Virus record (IMG/VR): IMGVR_UViG_3300020177_000966
Source of the DNA: a virus
Taxonomy: Duplodnaviria; Caudoviricetes
Length of the DNA stretch: 64,000 bases
Strand: one strand, 5' to 3'
The position numbers were made by a program, and so were the translations under genes. Positions 55,380 through 64,000 of this stretch are shown here, piece after piece (the first letter of the stretch is position 1; each line of letters opens with the position of its first letter). The notes beneath the pieces are model-generated. The model saw only the letters and a program-made list of their open reading frames with translations, did no database searches and was not told the DNA's origin.

Positions 55380-56830
55380 TACACGCCCTTTGCTAAATTA
55401 GCTCTAAGTTTCTCTTCAGGACTTTTAATTTCTGCATCTGGGTTATTAGGTAGTATAGAATTAGCTTCCATACCAAGATTCTTTAACAAGTTCATTGTAC
55501 CGCTAACACTAGACAATGCTTTTTGCATTAATATTTTTTCATCATCGGCTCGTTGTTCGTAGAATTTAATAAATTTTTGTGCTTGTTGTGGTGTGATCAT
55601 TACTTGTCCACCTGTGCTTGCGCCGCCAGTATCTTTATAACTTAATGGAAAAGGTTTATCGTCTTTACGATCAGCAATATTATACATTACCTCAATCTTT
55701 GGACGTTGTTGTTGTACTTTAAGTTCGGCAATTTCTTGTGGCTTATTTTTTTCTAAGGACGCAAGACGTCGAATTAATTCTTTTTTTAGATCTGGATCGT
55801 TAGCTGTATTAGGATCCATTTGTATATCTTGTAATGCTTTTCTCTTTGCGTTATAATCTTCTTTGTCTCTTGTAGGAGTATCTTGTGATTCGTTTACATT
55901 AGAGACATCTATTCCTGTGTTCTTTTTAATATGAGCTACAGCAGTTGGCCAATCTTGTCCTTGTTTTGTTGCATATTTTTTAACAAGATTTACAATACCT
56001 CTTCGCATCTTAGGATTTTTAATCCATTGCCAGCCGTGCTTGATCGCCGCAAATGCATCTTCTTCTCTACCTGTTTGGTCATACTTTAAAATTAATTTGC
56101 CTGCTGTTGCGGCATTTTTAACATGACCTACAGCACCTTTAGCCATAGCACCGATACCTTCTTTTGCAGGCTCTTCTATAGGCTCTTCTATAGGTTCTTC
56201 TTGTTTTACTCCTAAACTATCTACAGCAAGTCTTTCTTTGATAGTGTCAAATAATTGTTGTGGATTACCAGCAATTAATCCTTTTTTAAAACTTTCAAAA
56301 TCATTGTTACGAACAGCCTGACGTAGTTTACTAGCACTCATGCCTTCTACACCTTCAGCTTCTTCATCTCTTGTAAGTTCTACAAATTCAATATTGTCAA
56401 ATTTGTAATAACCATGATCGCCTTCTACACCATTATATTTAGGAAATATACTTTTATATGAAGACATACGATCATTGCCAGCAACTATAATTAGTTTTTT
56501 ATATCCTAATTTATATAATTTTACAGGCATGTCAAAGATCTTAGTAACATCAGCATATCCTACATTTACGTTCGGAAATGCTTGTTTAACCAAAGGTAGT
56601 TTTTCTGAAAAACTTAAAGGATCTTTGTTTTCACCTGCTTTAGTTCCAGGTTTAGCATCTGGGTTTTTAGCGCCTTGCGAATGACTTAAAAATAAAAAGT
56701 GATCCCCTGGCACTTTTTTAATTTCATCAACCATAGCATTATGGCCAGTGGTAGGAGGATTAAGTCTACCAAAAGATGCAACGGCTGTTTTTGTTTCAGC
56801 TTCAAATAGATGTCTTAAACGCACCGTCAT
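55379..56830 (-). CDS. Cytidyltransferase-like (HxGH-class) nucleotidyltransferase with extra modules
   Basis: FGRLNPPTTGH, DPLSFSEK, VAGNDR, GMSASKLR. Confidence 0.75.
   Translation of the reverse strand: MTVRLRHLFEAETKTAVASFGRLNPPTTGHNAMVDEIKKVPGDHFLFLSHSQGAKNPDAKPGTKAGENKDPLSFSEKLPLVKQAFPNVNVGYADVTKIFDMPVKLYKLGYKKLIIVAGNDRMSSYKSIFPKYNGVEGDHGYYKFDNIEFVELTRDEEAEGVEGMSASKLRQAVRNNDFESFKKGLIAGNPQQLFDTIKERLAVDSLGVKQEEPIEEPIEEPAKEGIGAMAKGAVGHVKNAATAGKLILKYDQTGREEDAFAAIKHGWQWIKNPKMRRGIVNLVKKYATKQGQDWPTAVAHIKKNTGIDVSNVNESQDTPTRDKEDYNAKRKALQDIQMDPNTANDPDLKKELIRRLASLEKNKPQEIAELKVQQQRPKIEVMYNIADRKDDKPFPLSYKDTGGASTGGQVMITPQQAQKFIKFYEQRADDEKILMQKALSSVSGTMNLLKNLGMEANSILPNNPDAEIKSPEEKLRANLAKGV
56168..56200. 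repeat. 12-bp tandem repeat (about 2.75 units) encoding EEPIEEPIEEP linker
   Basis: aggctcttctat x2 plus aggttcttc. Confidence 0.8.
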
Positions 56831-57146
56831 CTCCTTTGGGTGGATTTTTTTCGTAATCTAAAACTCTCTTTACTAAGTCCGCTTTTTCTTCGTTAGAAAG
56901 TAAATCTTTTGGTTCTTTATTAATGTCATATTTATTGCAATAGTGATTAACGCATTTATGAATCATAGGCATAACTTTTTCTTCATCCATGCCATCTTCA
57001 CCTAAACTATCCATACATGGTAGATAATGTTTTCTATAAAATGAATCGTCACTAATCATATGAAAATGAATGTCTTCGACTACATCGTACGGAAGTTTAT
57101 CTTTTTCTTGTCCCATTCTATCTTCTACAAATTCAAATAACTTCAT
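56802..57146 (-). CDS. Putative internal virion protein (acidic)
   Basis: MKLFEFVE N-terminus. Confidence 0.55.
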   Translation of the reverse strand: MKLFEFVEDRMGQEKDKLPYDVVEDIHFHMISDDSFYRKHYLPCMDSLGEDGMDEEKVMPMIHKCVNHYCNKYDINKEPKDLLSNEEKADLVKRVLDYEKNPPKGDDGAFKTSI

Positions 57147-57155
57147 ATTACTTCC

Positions 57156-58085
57156 TTACCATTTTCTACACGACCAGTAACGTGCCTTAGTACGTGGTCC
57201 TGGATTATCACAGTTATGTCTTGCACGGAAACTTCTTCTACGTGCTGGATTACTTTTTTTAATCTTCATGTCAGGATCACCAAAGTTAACTTTAACTACG
57301 TTGCCTTTAGGATTCTTAACATATACTTTAAACTTTTTAACATCGCCACGCATTGGCTTGCCAAGTTTGACTTTGCGTCCTTGATATTCTGCTTCGTCTA
57401 GCATTTCGTCTTCATTAAACCAAAGGTCACCATATGCTTCATAAAAGTCATCGCCGTCGTAAGTTTCTTCACTAATACCTGCAAGTTCTTTAATTCTAAT
57501 AGTTTCACTTGTTGCAACAGCTTGTTTAACTGCTTGTACAGCTTTTCCTGCGTTTTCTGGTTTTAGAGTTACAGGATATTCTTTATCTCCAACAGTAAAT
57601 GTTTTTTCACCATCGGCAGCGGCTTTAGCATGAGCCATACCTACTTTTTGTGCTCGCTCTTCGCTTCCAAATTTACTAGCTATAGTGTTCCACAGTGCAT
57701 CAGTTCCACCTGCACCTGCTTTATATCCTCCAACAGCACCAGCAATACCGCCAGCCGCGCCACCTAAGAATGGAGCAAACATTTGTCCAATCAATGCTCC
57801 GCCAACACCAGTTAGTGTACCGAGTGCTACTCCACCTGCTACTTTTAATGCTTTAGGAGCATCTTCTTTAGAAAATTGCGGCATTTTCTTTATGTTATCC
57901 AATGCGGCCTGTTCAGCTTCATCTTTGCTATAACCTTTAGGTTTTCCGCCACCAGAGCCTACGGATAATTTGCGAGGCTTACCACTTACTGCATCTTTGT
58001 CACGCTGTCTGTCATATTCTTCTTCAGCAAGGTGATCTCTAAATTTTTCTTGTTCTGCTAGATAATCTTTAAAAGTTTTTTTCAT
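57156..58085 (-). CDS. Putative internal virion protein with glycine-zipper segment and basic Cys/His C-terminal module
   Basis: MKKTFKDYLAE closely resembles the T4 internal-protein capsid targeting sequence. Confidence 0.65.
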   Translation of the reverse strand: MKKTFKDYLAEQEKFRDHLAEEEYDRQRDKDAVSGKPRKLSVGSGGGKPKGYSKDEAEQAALDNIKKMPQFSKEDAPKALKVAGGVALGTLTGVGGALIGQMFAPFLGGAAGGIAGAVGGYKAGAGGTDALWNTIASKFGSEERAQKVGMAHAKAAADGEKTFTVGDKEYPVTLKPENAGKAVQAVKQAVATSETIRIKELAGISEETYDGDDFYEAYGDLWFNEDEMLDEAEYQGRKVKLGKPMRGDVKKFKVYVKNPKGNVVKVNFGDPDMKIKKSNPARRRSFRARHNCDNPGPRTKARYWSCRKW

Positions 58086-58094
58086 ATAATTTTC

Positions 58095-59801
58095 CTATGC
58101 TGACATATATCCTGGTGTCGGCGATTGCTGATCATCATTCCATGTAAATCCGCCGCCTGTAGAAACTTGATTACGTTCCATGTTATCAACTAAGTCATCT
58201 CCGTCGTCAATTATAGTGAAATTTAGATTATCAGTTCTTAATAACATGATAGTAGTAATACCATCTGCTAAATGATAACTGGTATACGCAATTTTAGAAT
58301 ACGCAACATTCATTTTTTCTATGTCAACTTCGCCATTCTGCTTAATTGCGCCGCCAATCAACGCACTTGGATCAAAAGGCTTATGATGTTCATTTGGAGT
58401 TCCATCGTCGTTAAAAGCCGGTTTTGAAATTTGATCGTAATTTTGAACTAATCCTTTAATAGTATCATGGAATAGATTATATGTCATGTCAAAGTTTGAA
58501 TAAGGTTCTAATACTTCATTGTTTAACTTTTCAAGACCTCCGCCATTCCAGTTATATCTACTACCTAGTTTCGCTTTCCCTCTAAGTACATTATATTGAT
58601 TACCGTCATATTTTGTCATAGGCATTTTTTTAAATGTGCCATCTTTTTGTTTAACTTTTATAGTTGCATCTTTAGGAGCATTTTGACAAATTTGATTAAT
58701 CTTTTCAGCCCAAATTTTCCAACCTGTAGTTGCCTTTGCAAGTGCTTTACTATTAAAACGCCCACCTGTTCGATCACTAGCTTTAATTTCAACTTCCTTA
58801 TCGCCGATTTTCAAGTCACCCTTTTTACCTTTTTCGGCAGGGTTGCCCATCATCGATAATGCCATTTCTCCTGGGCCAATAGCTCCTGAAGTTGATCCTG
58901 GCGAATAACTAAAGATATTTTCTTTTACAAAAATGTCAAAAACTTTTTGATAGTTTGGATTTACAAAATCTTTAACGTTACCTTTGTTTACAGAAATAAG
59001 TCTTAGCATATTAATTACTTTACCGTCGACACAGGCTTGTAAAAAATCTTTGATCTCATCTTGGGTTACATCACTTCCTTCTTGCATATCAAGTATTTTA
59101 CCAAACAATGCTTGCTTTAAAGTCTTTGTAAACTTTTCTGCATTGACTGCAAGTTTATTATAAGAAGTTTTATCTTTGCCTTTTAGTTCAGATGGATCTT
59201 TAATTTCAAAGCCCTGTACTTTGTTACCTAATTGTACAAGTACACCAGTTACTTCTTTCACAAAATTAATTGCTTCATCACGCTGTGAACGAGCAGTATC
59301 TCTTTCTTGTGTCAGTACTACGAATTTATTAGTAACTTTATCTAACAAACTGTTAACACGAGCTATCCCTTCTTTTTTCTTACTTTCATCTTCAACATTA
59401 ACTTCGACCCATTGGATCATATCCATAATTTCAGCTAAAATTTCTTGTGCGTCTTCATCAAGATTATCTGTAGCAGATATTGCTGGTGCACGTTTTTTAG
59501 CATTTGGACTAAGAAGATCTAACTTTCTTTTAACATCAGGAGTAGCTTCAGTTTCAATTGATTCTGTAGCAGGTTGATTTAACTCAGCCTTTGCTTTTTC
59601 AATAAAATTACTTAAAAATTGTTTAATATTTTTAAGATCATTAATTAGTGACTTTTTTTGTTGTACTTCTTCTGTAGGAACTTTTGGTAATGCATCACTA
59701 ATTGTTTTTATATCATGCATTGCATGTTGAGCTTCTAATCCAGTATTAGCTTCTAATAATTGTTTAGAATTAATAGCTTCTTTAATTTGAAAAAATTTCA
59801 T
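58095..59801 (-). CDS. Putative internal virion protein with C-terminal PD-(D/E)XK nuclease-like domain
   Basis: MKFFQIKE..LLE N-terminus; GPGE..GDLKIGDKEVEIKAS (D-x8-E-x-K). Confidence 0.55.
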   Translation of the reverse strand: MKFFQIKEAINSKQLLEANTGLEAQHAMHDIKTISDALPKVPTEEVQQKKSLINDLKNIKQFLSNFIEKAKAELNQPATESIETEATPDVKRKLDLLSPNAKKRAPAISATDNLDEDAQEILAEIMDMIQWVEVNVEDESKKKEGIARVNSLLDKVTNKFVVLTQERDTARSQRDEAINFVKEVTGVLVQLGNKVQGFEIKDPSELKGKDKTSYNKLAVNAEKFTKTLKQALFGKILDMQEGSDVTQDEIKDFLQACVDGKVINMLRLISVNKGNVKDFVNPNYQKVFDIFVKENIFSYSPGSTSGAIGPGEMALSMMGNPAEKGKKGDLKIGDKEVEIKASDRTGGRFNSKALAKATTGWKIWAEKINQICQNAPKDATIKVKQKDGTFKKMPMTKYDGNQYNVLRGKAKLGSRYNWNGGGLEKLNNEVLEPYSNFDMTYNLFHDTIKGLVQNYDQISKPAFNDDGTPNEHHKPFDPSALIGGAIKQNGEVDIEKMNVAYSKIAYTSYHLADGITTIMLLRTDNLNFTIIDDGDDLVDNMERNQVSTGGGFTWNDDQQSPTPGYMSA

Positions 59802-60064
59802 TATACACTTACCTCGATATCAAAACTCTCATATCCTAGGTCAAACAATGTATTTGCAATATTAACTGCAACTTCATTAGACTCTTCTTCAGTTAGTTGC
59901 ACATGAGTTTCAACTGCTAAGATTGTTTTGCTTTCATCTTCAAATAACAAATAATTAGTTTCACTTTCCATTAAAGCATTAGATGCACTTGTAGCAACTG
60001 ATTCGACTACAATATCATCTACTTCTTCAATTTTGTCAAATACAATGTTAATAAAATTCTTCAT
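59801..60064 (-). CDS. Small acidic hypothetical protein
   Basis: ORF with TAAATA upstream. Confidence 0.6.
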   Translation of the reverse strand: MKNFINIVFDKIEEVDDIVVESVATSASNALMESETNYLLFEDESKTILAVETHVQLTEEESNEVAVNIANTLFDLGYESFDIEVSV

Positions 60065-60072
60065 TCTACTTC

Positions 60073-60414
60073 CTAATGATTTAGCCTAATGCTATTTACG
60101 GTTCCATCTGTGATGATTATTTTTGCTCTAATCCAAACAAAATTACCAGTAAAATTTGTATATCTAACGGTAGTTTCTTGTGCGGCAGTATACGAATGTA
60201 CATTGAACCAGTCAGCATCTGCTGGATCTATTGCAAGAGTAGCCTGGATGATAATATCACCGGTAACTCCGTTTAAGTCGTATTGAACTGTATGGACACC
60301 ATCAGATCGTCCATAATAACCGTCGCCCTTAAAGGCGGATCCAACAACAGTAGTTACTGTAGAACCGTCTGTTGCTGTGTTTGCTGATAAAATTATTTCA
60401 CTTGTACTAGGCAT
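60073..60414 (-). CDS. Beta-rich hypothetical protein, possibly structural
   Basis: ATAAATA immediately upstream; T/V/G-rich. Confidence 0.55.
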   Translation of the reverse strand: MPSTSEIILSANTATDGSTVTTVVGSAFKGDGYYGRSDGVHTVQYDLNGVTGDIIIQATLAIDPADADWFNVHSYTAAQETTVRYTNFTGNFVWIRAKIIITDGTVNSIRLNH

Positions 60415-60415
60415 A

Positions 60416-61096
60416 CTAGTATTTATGCAATTCGGACTGACTTACATATTTTATGATTTTTTGTACGCCTCCGCCTAGTGCTATTTGAGCCAGCATTGCT
60501 TGCTTTTCAGTAGTGGTCCAAAAGTAAAATCCTAAACACCAACCTTTAGATCTAGCACATTCTAATGCTGTTTTTCCTATTTTAATATTAGAATTATTTT
60601 CACAGTAACTAGCAAAGTTAGGATCAATAAATTTTCCAAAATATATTTGATATGGCCATTCCACAACCTCTTCATTACAAATTACTACATTAGTATTGTT
60701 TTTTAAAAACTCTTTATTTTCATTGCTAGGAGCATGAAACTCTTCGCAATTTATTTGCTTAGATAATTTCTCTAACCAATCTTCTTCGTTTGAATAAATG
60801 TCAATGACATGTCCTTCAACTCTAATTGTGCAGTTATCTTTATTATCTAAAAATGTACGATATAATACACATGCATCCATAAACATTTCTAAAGATACAT
60901 TTTTAGGAGTTCGCAAGCCCCATTTAAAGGGGCTTGGAATTGATAACTCGCCTTCAGCAAACTGTTGCATAGTGTCTAACTTAGACTTAATATAGCTAAG
61001 ATTAAGACCTCTAAACAGCCCGGCAACATCGTTGCGTATTCTTAATTTATATAGATACTTTCTATAAAAGAGTTTAGTTGTGTTGAAGCGATTCAT
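60416..61096 (-). CDS. Hypothetical protein
   Basis: ATG at 61096 is the likely start. Confidence 0.6.
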   Translation of the reverse strand: MNRFNTTKLFYRKYLYKLRIRNDVAGLFRGLNLSYIKSKLDTMQQFAEGELSIPSPFKWGLRTPKNVSLEMFMDACVLYRTFLDNKDNCTIRVEGHVIDIYSNEEDWLEKLSKQINCEEFHAPSNENKEFLKNNTNVVICNEEVVEWPYQIYFGKFIDPNFASYCENNSNIKIGKTALECARSKGWCLGFYFWTTTEKQAMLAQIALGGGVQKIIKYVSQSELHKY

Positions 61097-63326
61097 CAGC
61101 AATATTTTGTTTCTGTGCAATAAGTGTTAAGACATCATTGGCAATATCAATCTTTAACAAGCCACCATCTCTTAGATCTCCAAACAACATCATTTTACTT
61201 AGAGGACGTTTAATTTCCTTATCAATAAATCGATGCATTGGTCTAGCACCCATCTTAGAATCAAATCCTTTTTCAACAATATAGTCAATTGCATCATCAG
61301 AAATTTCACAAGAAATATTTTTATCGTCTAACATTGTTCTTAATTCAAGTAAAAACTTACCAACAATCTTAATAGAAATTTCTTTATCTAGTTTACCAAA
61401 CGTAACTACACCGTCTAGTCTGTTGCGGAACTCTGGAGCAAAGAAACGTTTGAATTCATCATCACCATAATCTTCGGCAAAGTCTTGACTAAATCCAATA
61501 GTGTTTTTCTCAGCTTGCTCAGCGCCTAAGTTAGTAGTAAGGATTAGAATACAGTTGCGAGCATCTGCTTCTTTTCCATCGCTACCCGTGATCTTACCAT
61601 TGTCCATAATTTGCAACAAGATTTGTGCAACATCTGGATGTGCTTTTTCAATCTCATCAAGTAATAGTACACAATTAGGATATTCTTGTAACTTATTAAT
61701 AAGTTGTCCACTTGAATCGTCATGACCAACATAACCTGGAGGAGAACCAATAAGTTTACTTACACTGTGCTTTTCTTGATATTCACTCATGTCAAATCTT
61801 GCAAGTTCAATGCTTAGATGTTTAGCAAGTTGTTTAGCAAGCTCTGTTTTACCTACACCAGTTGGTCCCATAAACACAAAGCTACCAATTGGTTTGTCTT
61901 CGCTTTTAAGTCCTGCCTGTGCAACAAGAATTTTGTCAACAATTTCGTCAATTGCTTGATCTTGTCCGTAAACATTTAATTTAAGATTTTTGTTTAACTG
62001 GCTTAAATTATTAGTTTCTTTTTGCTGAATCTGTTCTGGTGGAAGATTTACAAATTTAGCAAGTTCAAATTTAATTTCATCTGGACCAACAACTCGATTA
62101 TCTTCAATATTATTTACTTTGAATCTTGAGCATGCTAGATCGATTAAATCAATTGCTTTATCAGGAAGCTTCTTATCGGTAATATATTTTACACTCAATT
62201 TTACTGCTTCTTCAATTGCTTGATCAGTAATTGTTGTGTGATGAAACTCCTCATAGTACTTTTTAATACCATATAGAATTTGTGTTGTTGTTTCCTTGTT
62301 AGGCTCGTCAACACTCACACGCTGGAATCGACGCATAAGAGCGCGATCCTTTTCAAAGTACTTGCGATACTCGTCCCAAGTAGTTGAAGCAACAACTTTA
62401 ATATCACCTTTACCTAGAGCAGGTTTAAGCATATTAGCAAGATCGTTTGCATTATTGGATCCGCCAGCACCTGCGCCATTCATCATATGTGCTTCGTCAA
62501 TAAACACAATAGTTTTACCTTGCTTTTTAATTGCGGCCATAACTAGTTTAAAGCGTTCTTCAAAGTCACCGCGATATTTTGAACCAGCAAGCATAGCACC
62601 AATATCTAGATTGTAAACACTGTACTCTTCAAGAAACTTAGGAACTTCTTTATTAACAATACGATATGCAAGACCTTCTGCAATAGCAGTTTTACCTACA
62701 CCCGGATCACCAACAAGTAATACGTTATTTTTATTACGGCGTCCTAATGACAATGCAATACTATCAATTTCTTCTTGCCGACCAATTACAGGATCAATTT
62801 TTCCGTTTTCAACTTGACTATTTAGGTTGGTAGTAAATGCACGTAATGCTCTCTGTGCTTGCCCCTGCAATTCGTCGTCTTCAATTTCATTAGCAATTTC
62901 GCTATTGAGATAATTACTGAATCGTTCCTTATCTACGCCAGACTTAGTAATCAAGTATGTTGCGTATGATTTCTTTTCATTAAGCATTGATAGAAATACA
63001 TCGCTAATATCAATCTGTTGACGACCACTAAACAATACTTGTGTAAATGCTCTGTTCATTACACGTTCTACAGTTTGTGTCTTTTTAGGTTTGTATTTTT
63101 CAACATCGGTAACGATATCGTCTAGTTTAGTTTTTACATAATCAAGAACTTCAGCCTTTAGCTTTTCTGATTCAATACCAAAACCGTTTAGAATGTTTAA
63201 GAAGTTATCTGAGCATAACATTGCAAACAATAAATGTTCTAATGTTACGTATTCATGATTTAAACTTCTAGCATCTTTAATTGCTTTATCGAATACTACC
63301 TGTAGTTCTTCACTTGGCTCAACCAT
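61074..63326 (-). CDS. clpA: ClpA/ClpB-family Hsp100 ATPase with two AAA modules (ClpA-like)
   Basis: N-domain HEYVTLEHLL, GDPGVGKT, KYRGDFEER, GPTGVGKT, LLLDEIEKAHP, GARP. Confidence 0.93.
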   Translation of the reverse strand: MVEPSEELQVVFDKAIKDARSLNHEYVTLEHLLFAMLCSDNFLNILNGFGIESEKLKAEVLDYVKTKLDDIVTDVEKYKPKKTQTVERVMNRAFTQVLFSGRQQIDISDVFLSMLNEKKSYATYLITKSGVDKERFSNYLNSEIANEIEDDELQGQAQRALRAFTTNLNSQVENGKIDPVIGRQEEIDSIALSLGRRNKNNVLLVGDPGVGKTAIAEGLAYRIVNKEVPKFLEEYSVYNLDIGAMLAGSKYRGDFEERFKLVMAAIKKQGKTIVFIDEAHMMNGAGAGGSNNANDLANMLKPALGKGDIKVVASTTWDEYRKYFEKDRALMRRFQRVSVDEPNKETTTQILYGIKKYYEEFHHTTITDQAIEEAVKLSVKYITDKKLPDKAIDLIDLACSRFKVNNIEDNRVVGPDEIKFELAKFVNLPPEQIQQKETNNLSQLNKNLKLNVYGQDQAIDEIVDKILVAQAGLKSEDKPIGSFVFMGPTGVGKTELAKQLAKHLSIELARFDMSEYQEKHSVSKLIGSPPGYVGHDDSSGQLINKLQEYPNCVLLLDEIEKAHPDVAQILLQIMDNGKITGSDGKEADARNCILILTTNLGAEQAEKNTIGFSQDFAEDYGDDEFKRFFAPEFRNRLDGVVTFGKLDKEISIKIVGKFLLELRTMLDDKNISCEISDDAIDYIVEKGFDSKMGARPMHRFIDKEIKRPLSKMMLFGDLRDGGLLKIDIANDVLTLIAQKQNIADESLQHN

Positions 63327-63354
63327 TAATTAATCTCCATATTTGTATTTAACT

Positions 63355-63383
63355 ATTATATAACTTTATATCTTTAAAGTCAA
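63355..63383 (-). promoter_or_regulatory. sigma70-type promoter followed by TAAATA upstream of clpA
   Basis: TTGACT-17 bp-TATAAT then GTTAAATA. Confidence 0.8.
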
Positions 63384-64000
63384 GAGTACTTTTGCTCAAT
63401 TTGTTCAATTTTTTCGATGTCTTCTTGATCAAGTCCTGACGGAGTTTGTCCTATAACTTTTACTAAAATACTACCTTGACCTCCGGCCCTATTAGGTAAA
63501 CCTCTTCCAGTAAGTCTTAATGTTGTGCCTGGTTGTGTGCCTTTTGATATCTTTAGTTCTAAAAAACTATCATTTGGTGTCTTGATTTCAATAGTTGTTC
63601 CTGTTATTAATTTTAATACACTTACTCTTCTTGTCATTAATAGATCCAACCCGTGAACTTCAAATTCAGGTGTATTCATAATATTAATTTGAACAAATAA
63701 ATCTCCTGGAGGAACTTGTGGTATATCGTGTTGTCCCATTTGAGCAAATCGAATACGGTCTCCTTGTCGAACTCCAATAGGAATATTAAGATCAACTGTT
63801 TGTTCTTTTCCGTTATTAAGTCTGTATGCTACAACAATTTGTTTACCTGTGTAAACATCTTTTAATTCTAAATTACATCCTATATTAATATCACGATTTC
63901 GTACACTTTGTCGACCAAATCCAAAGTTAGAAAAAACGTCTTCAAATCCAGTGCCGTTAAAACCCCTAAAACCTTGTGGTTGCGGATTATCGTATTGCTG
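63380..64000 (-). CDS. dnaJ: DnaJ/CbpA-type co-chaperone, C-terminal part (5' end outside window)
   Basis: Frame is open to the window edge (QQYD..GFRGF..FEDVFSNFGFG G/F-rich region), then IPIGVRQGDRIR, GDLFVQI, LRLTGRGLP. Confidence 0.85.
   Translation of the reverse strand, partial: QQYDNPQPQGFRGFNGTGFEDVFSNFGFGRQSVRNRDINIGCNLELKDVYTGKQIVVAYRLNNGKEQTVDLNIPIGVRQGDRIRFAQMGQHDIPQVPPGDLFVQINIMNTPEFEVHGLDLLMTRRVSVLKLITGTTIEIKTPNDSFLELKISKGTQPGTTLRLTGRGLPNRAGGQGSILVKVIGQTPSGLDQEDIEKIEQIEQKYS

Noticed and set aside
237-62616. Many antisense or alternate-frame ORFs in the track (e.g. 989..1321, 20806..21183, 47002..47523, 59176..59577)
   Set aside because: They are shadows of longer, motif-bearing genes and have no RBS or recognisable motifs.
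1-64000. tRNA, rRNA, CRISPR array, transposase/IS
   Set aside because: Intergenic gaps are almost all under 110 bp. I saw no cloverleaf-compatible T-loop/D-loop pairs, regularly spaced repeats or DDE transposase.
1-64000. Stop-codon reassignment (common in some large phages)
   Set aside because: Polymerase, ClpA, TctA and other genes read full length in the standard code, and TAA, TAG and TGA all end genes.

Overview
AT-rich, gene-dense 64 kb segment of a large dsDNA bacteriophage genome with T4-like features. These include a family B DNA polymerase, a clamp-like gene, an RNase H/5'-3' exonuclease, perfect sigma70-type early promoters, recurrent TAAATA late-promoter motifs and strong GGAG ribosome-binding sites. 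ORFs read full length in the standard code. Four blocks are visible. (1) 1-24,088 is a mostly plus-strand accessory island with 12 radical SAM paralogues in about 15 kb, plus tailoring-type enzymes (glycosyltransferase, methyltransferases, SGNH, QueC-like, 2OG hydroxylase, GNAT, class IV aminotransferase, two adenylating enzymes) and a TctA/TctC transporter pair. (2) 24,080-31,805 holds a fibre-like protein, an AAA+/vWA pair and RNase H. (3) 32,429-48,965 is a 7-deazaguanine DNA-modification set (DpdA/TGT-like, FolE, QueE, QueD-like) interleaved with a GT-B glycosyltransferase, nucleotide-sugar enzymes, the clamp and the polymerase. (4) 50,590-59,801 has ten consecutive genes whose N-termini resemble the T4 capsid-targeting sequence and prohead-protease site; they carry nuclease-, nucleotidase- and nucleotidyltransferase-like cargo and are followed by clpA and dnaJ. 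No tRNA, rRNA, CRISPR array or transposase was recognised. All function calls come from visual motif recognition only, with no database searches.
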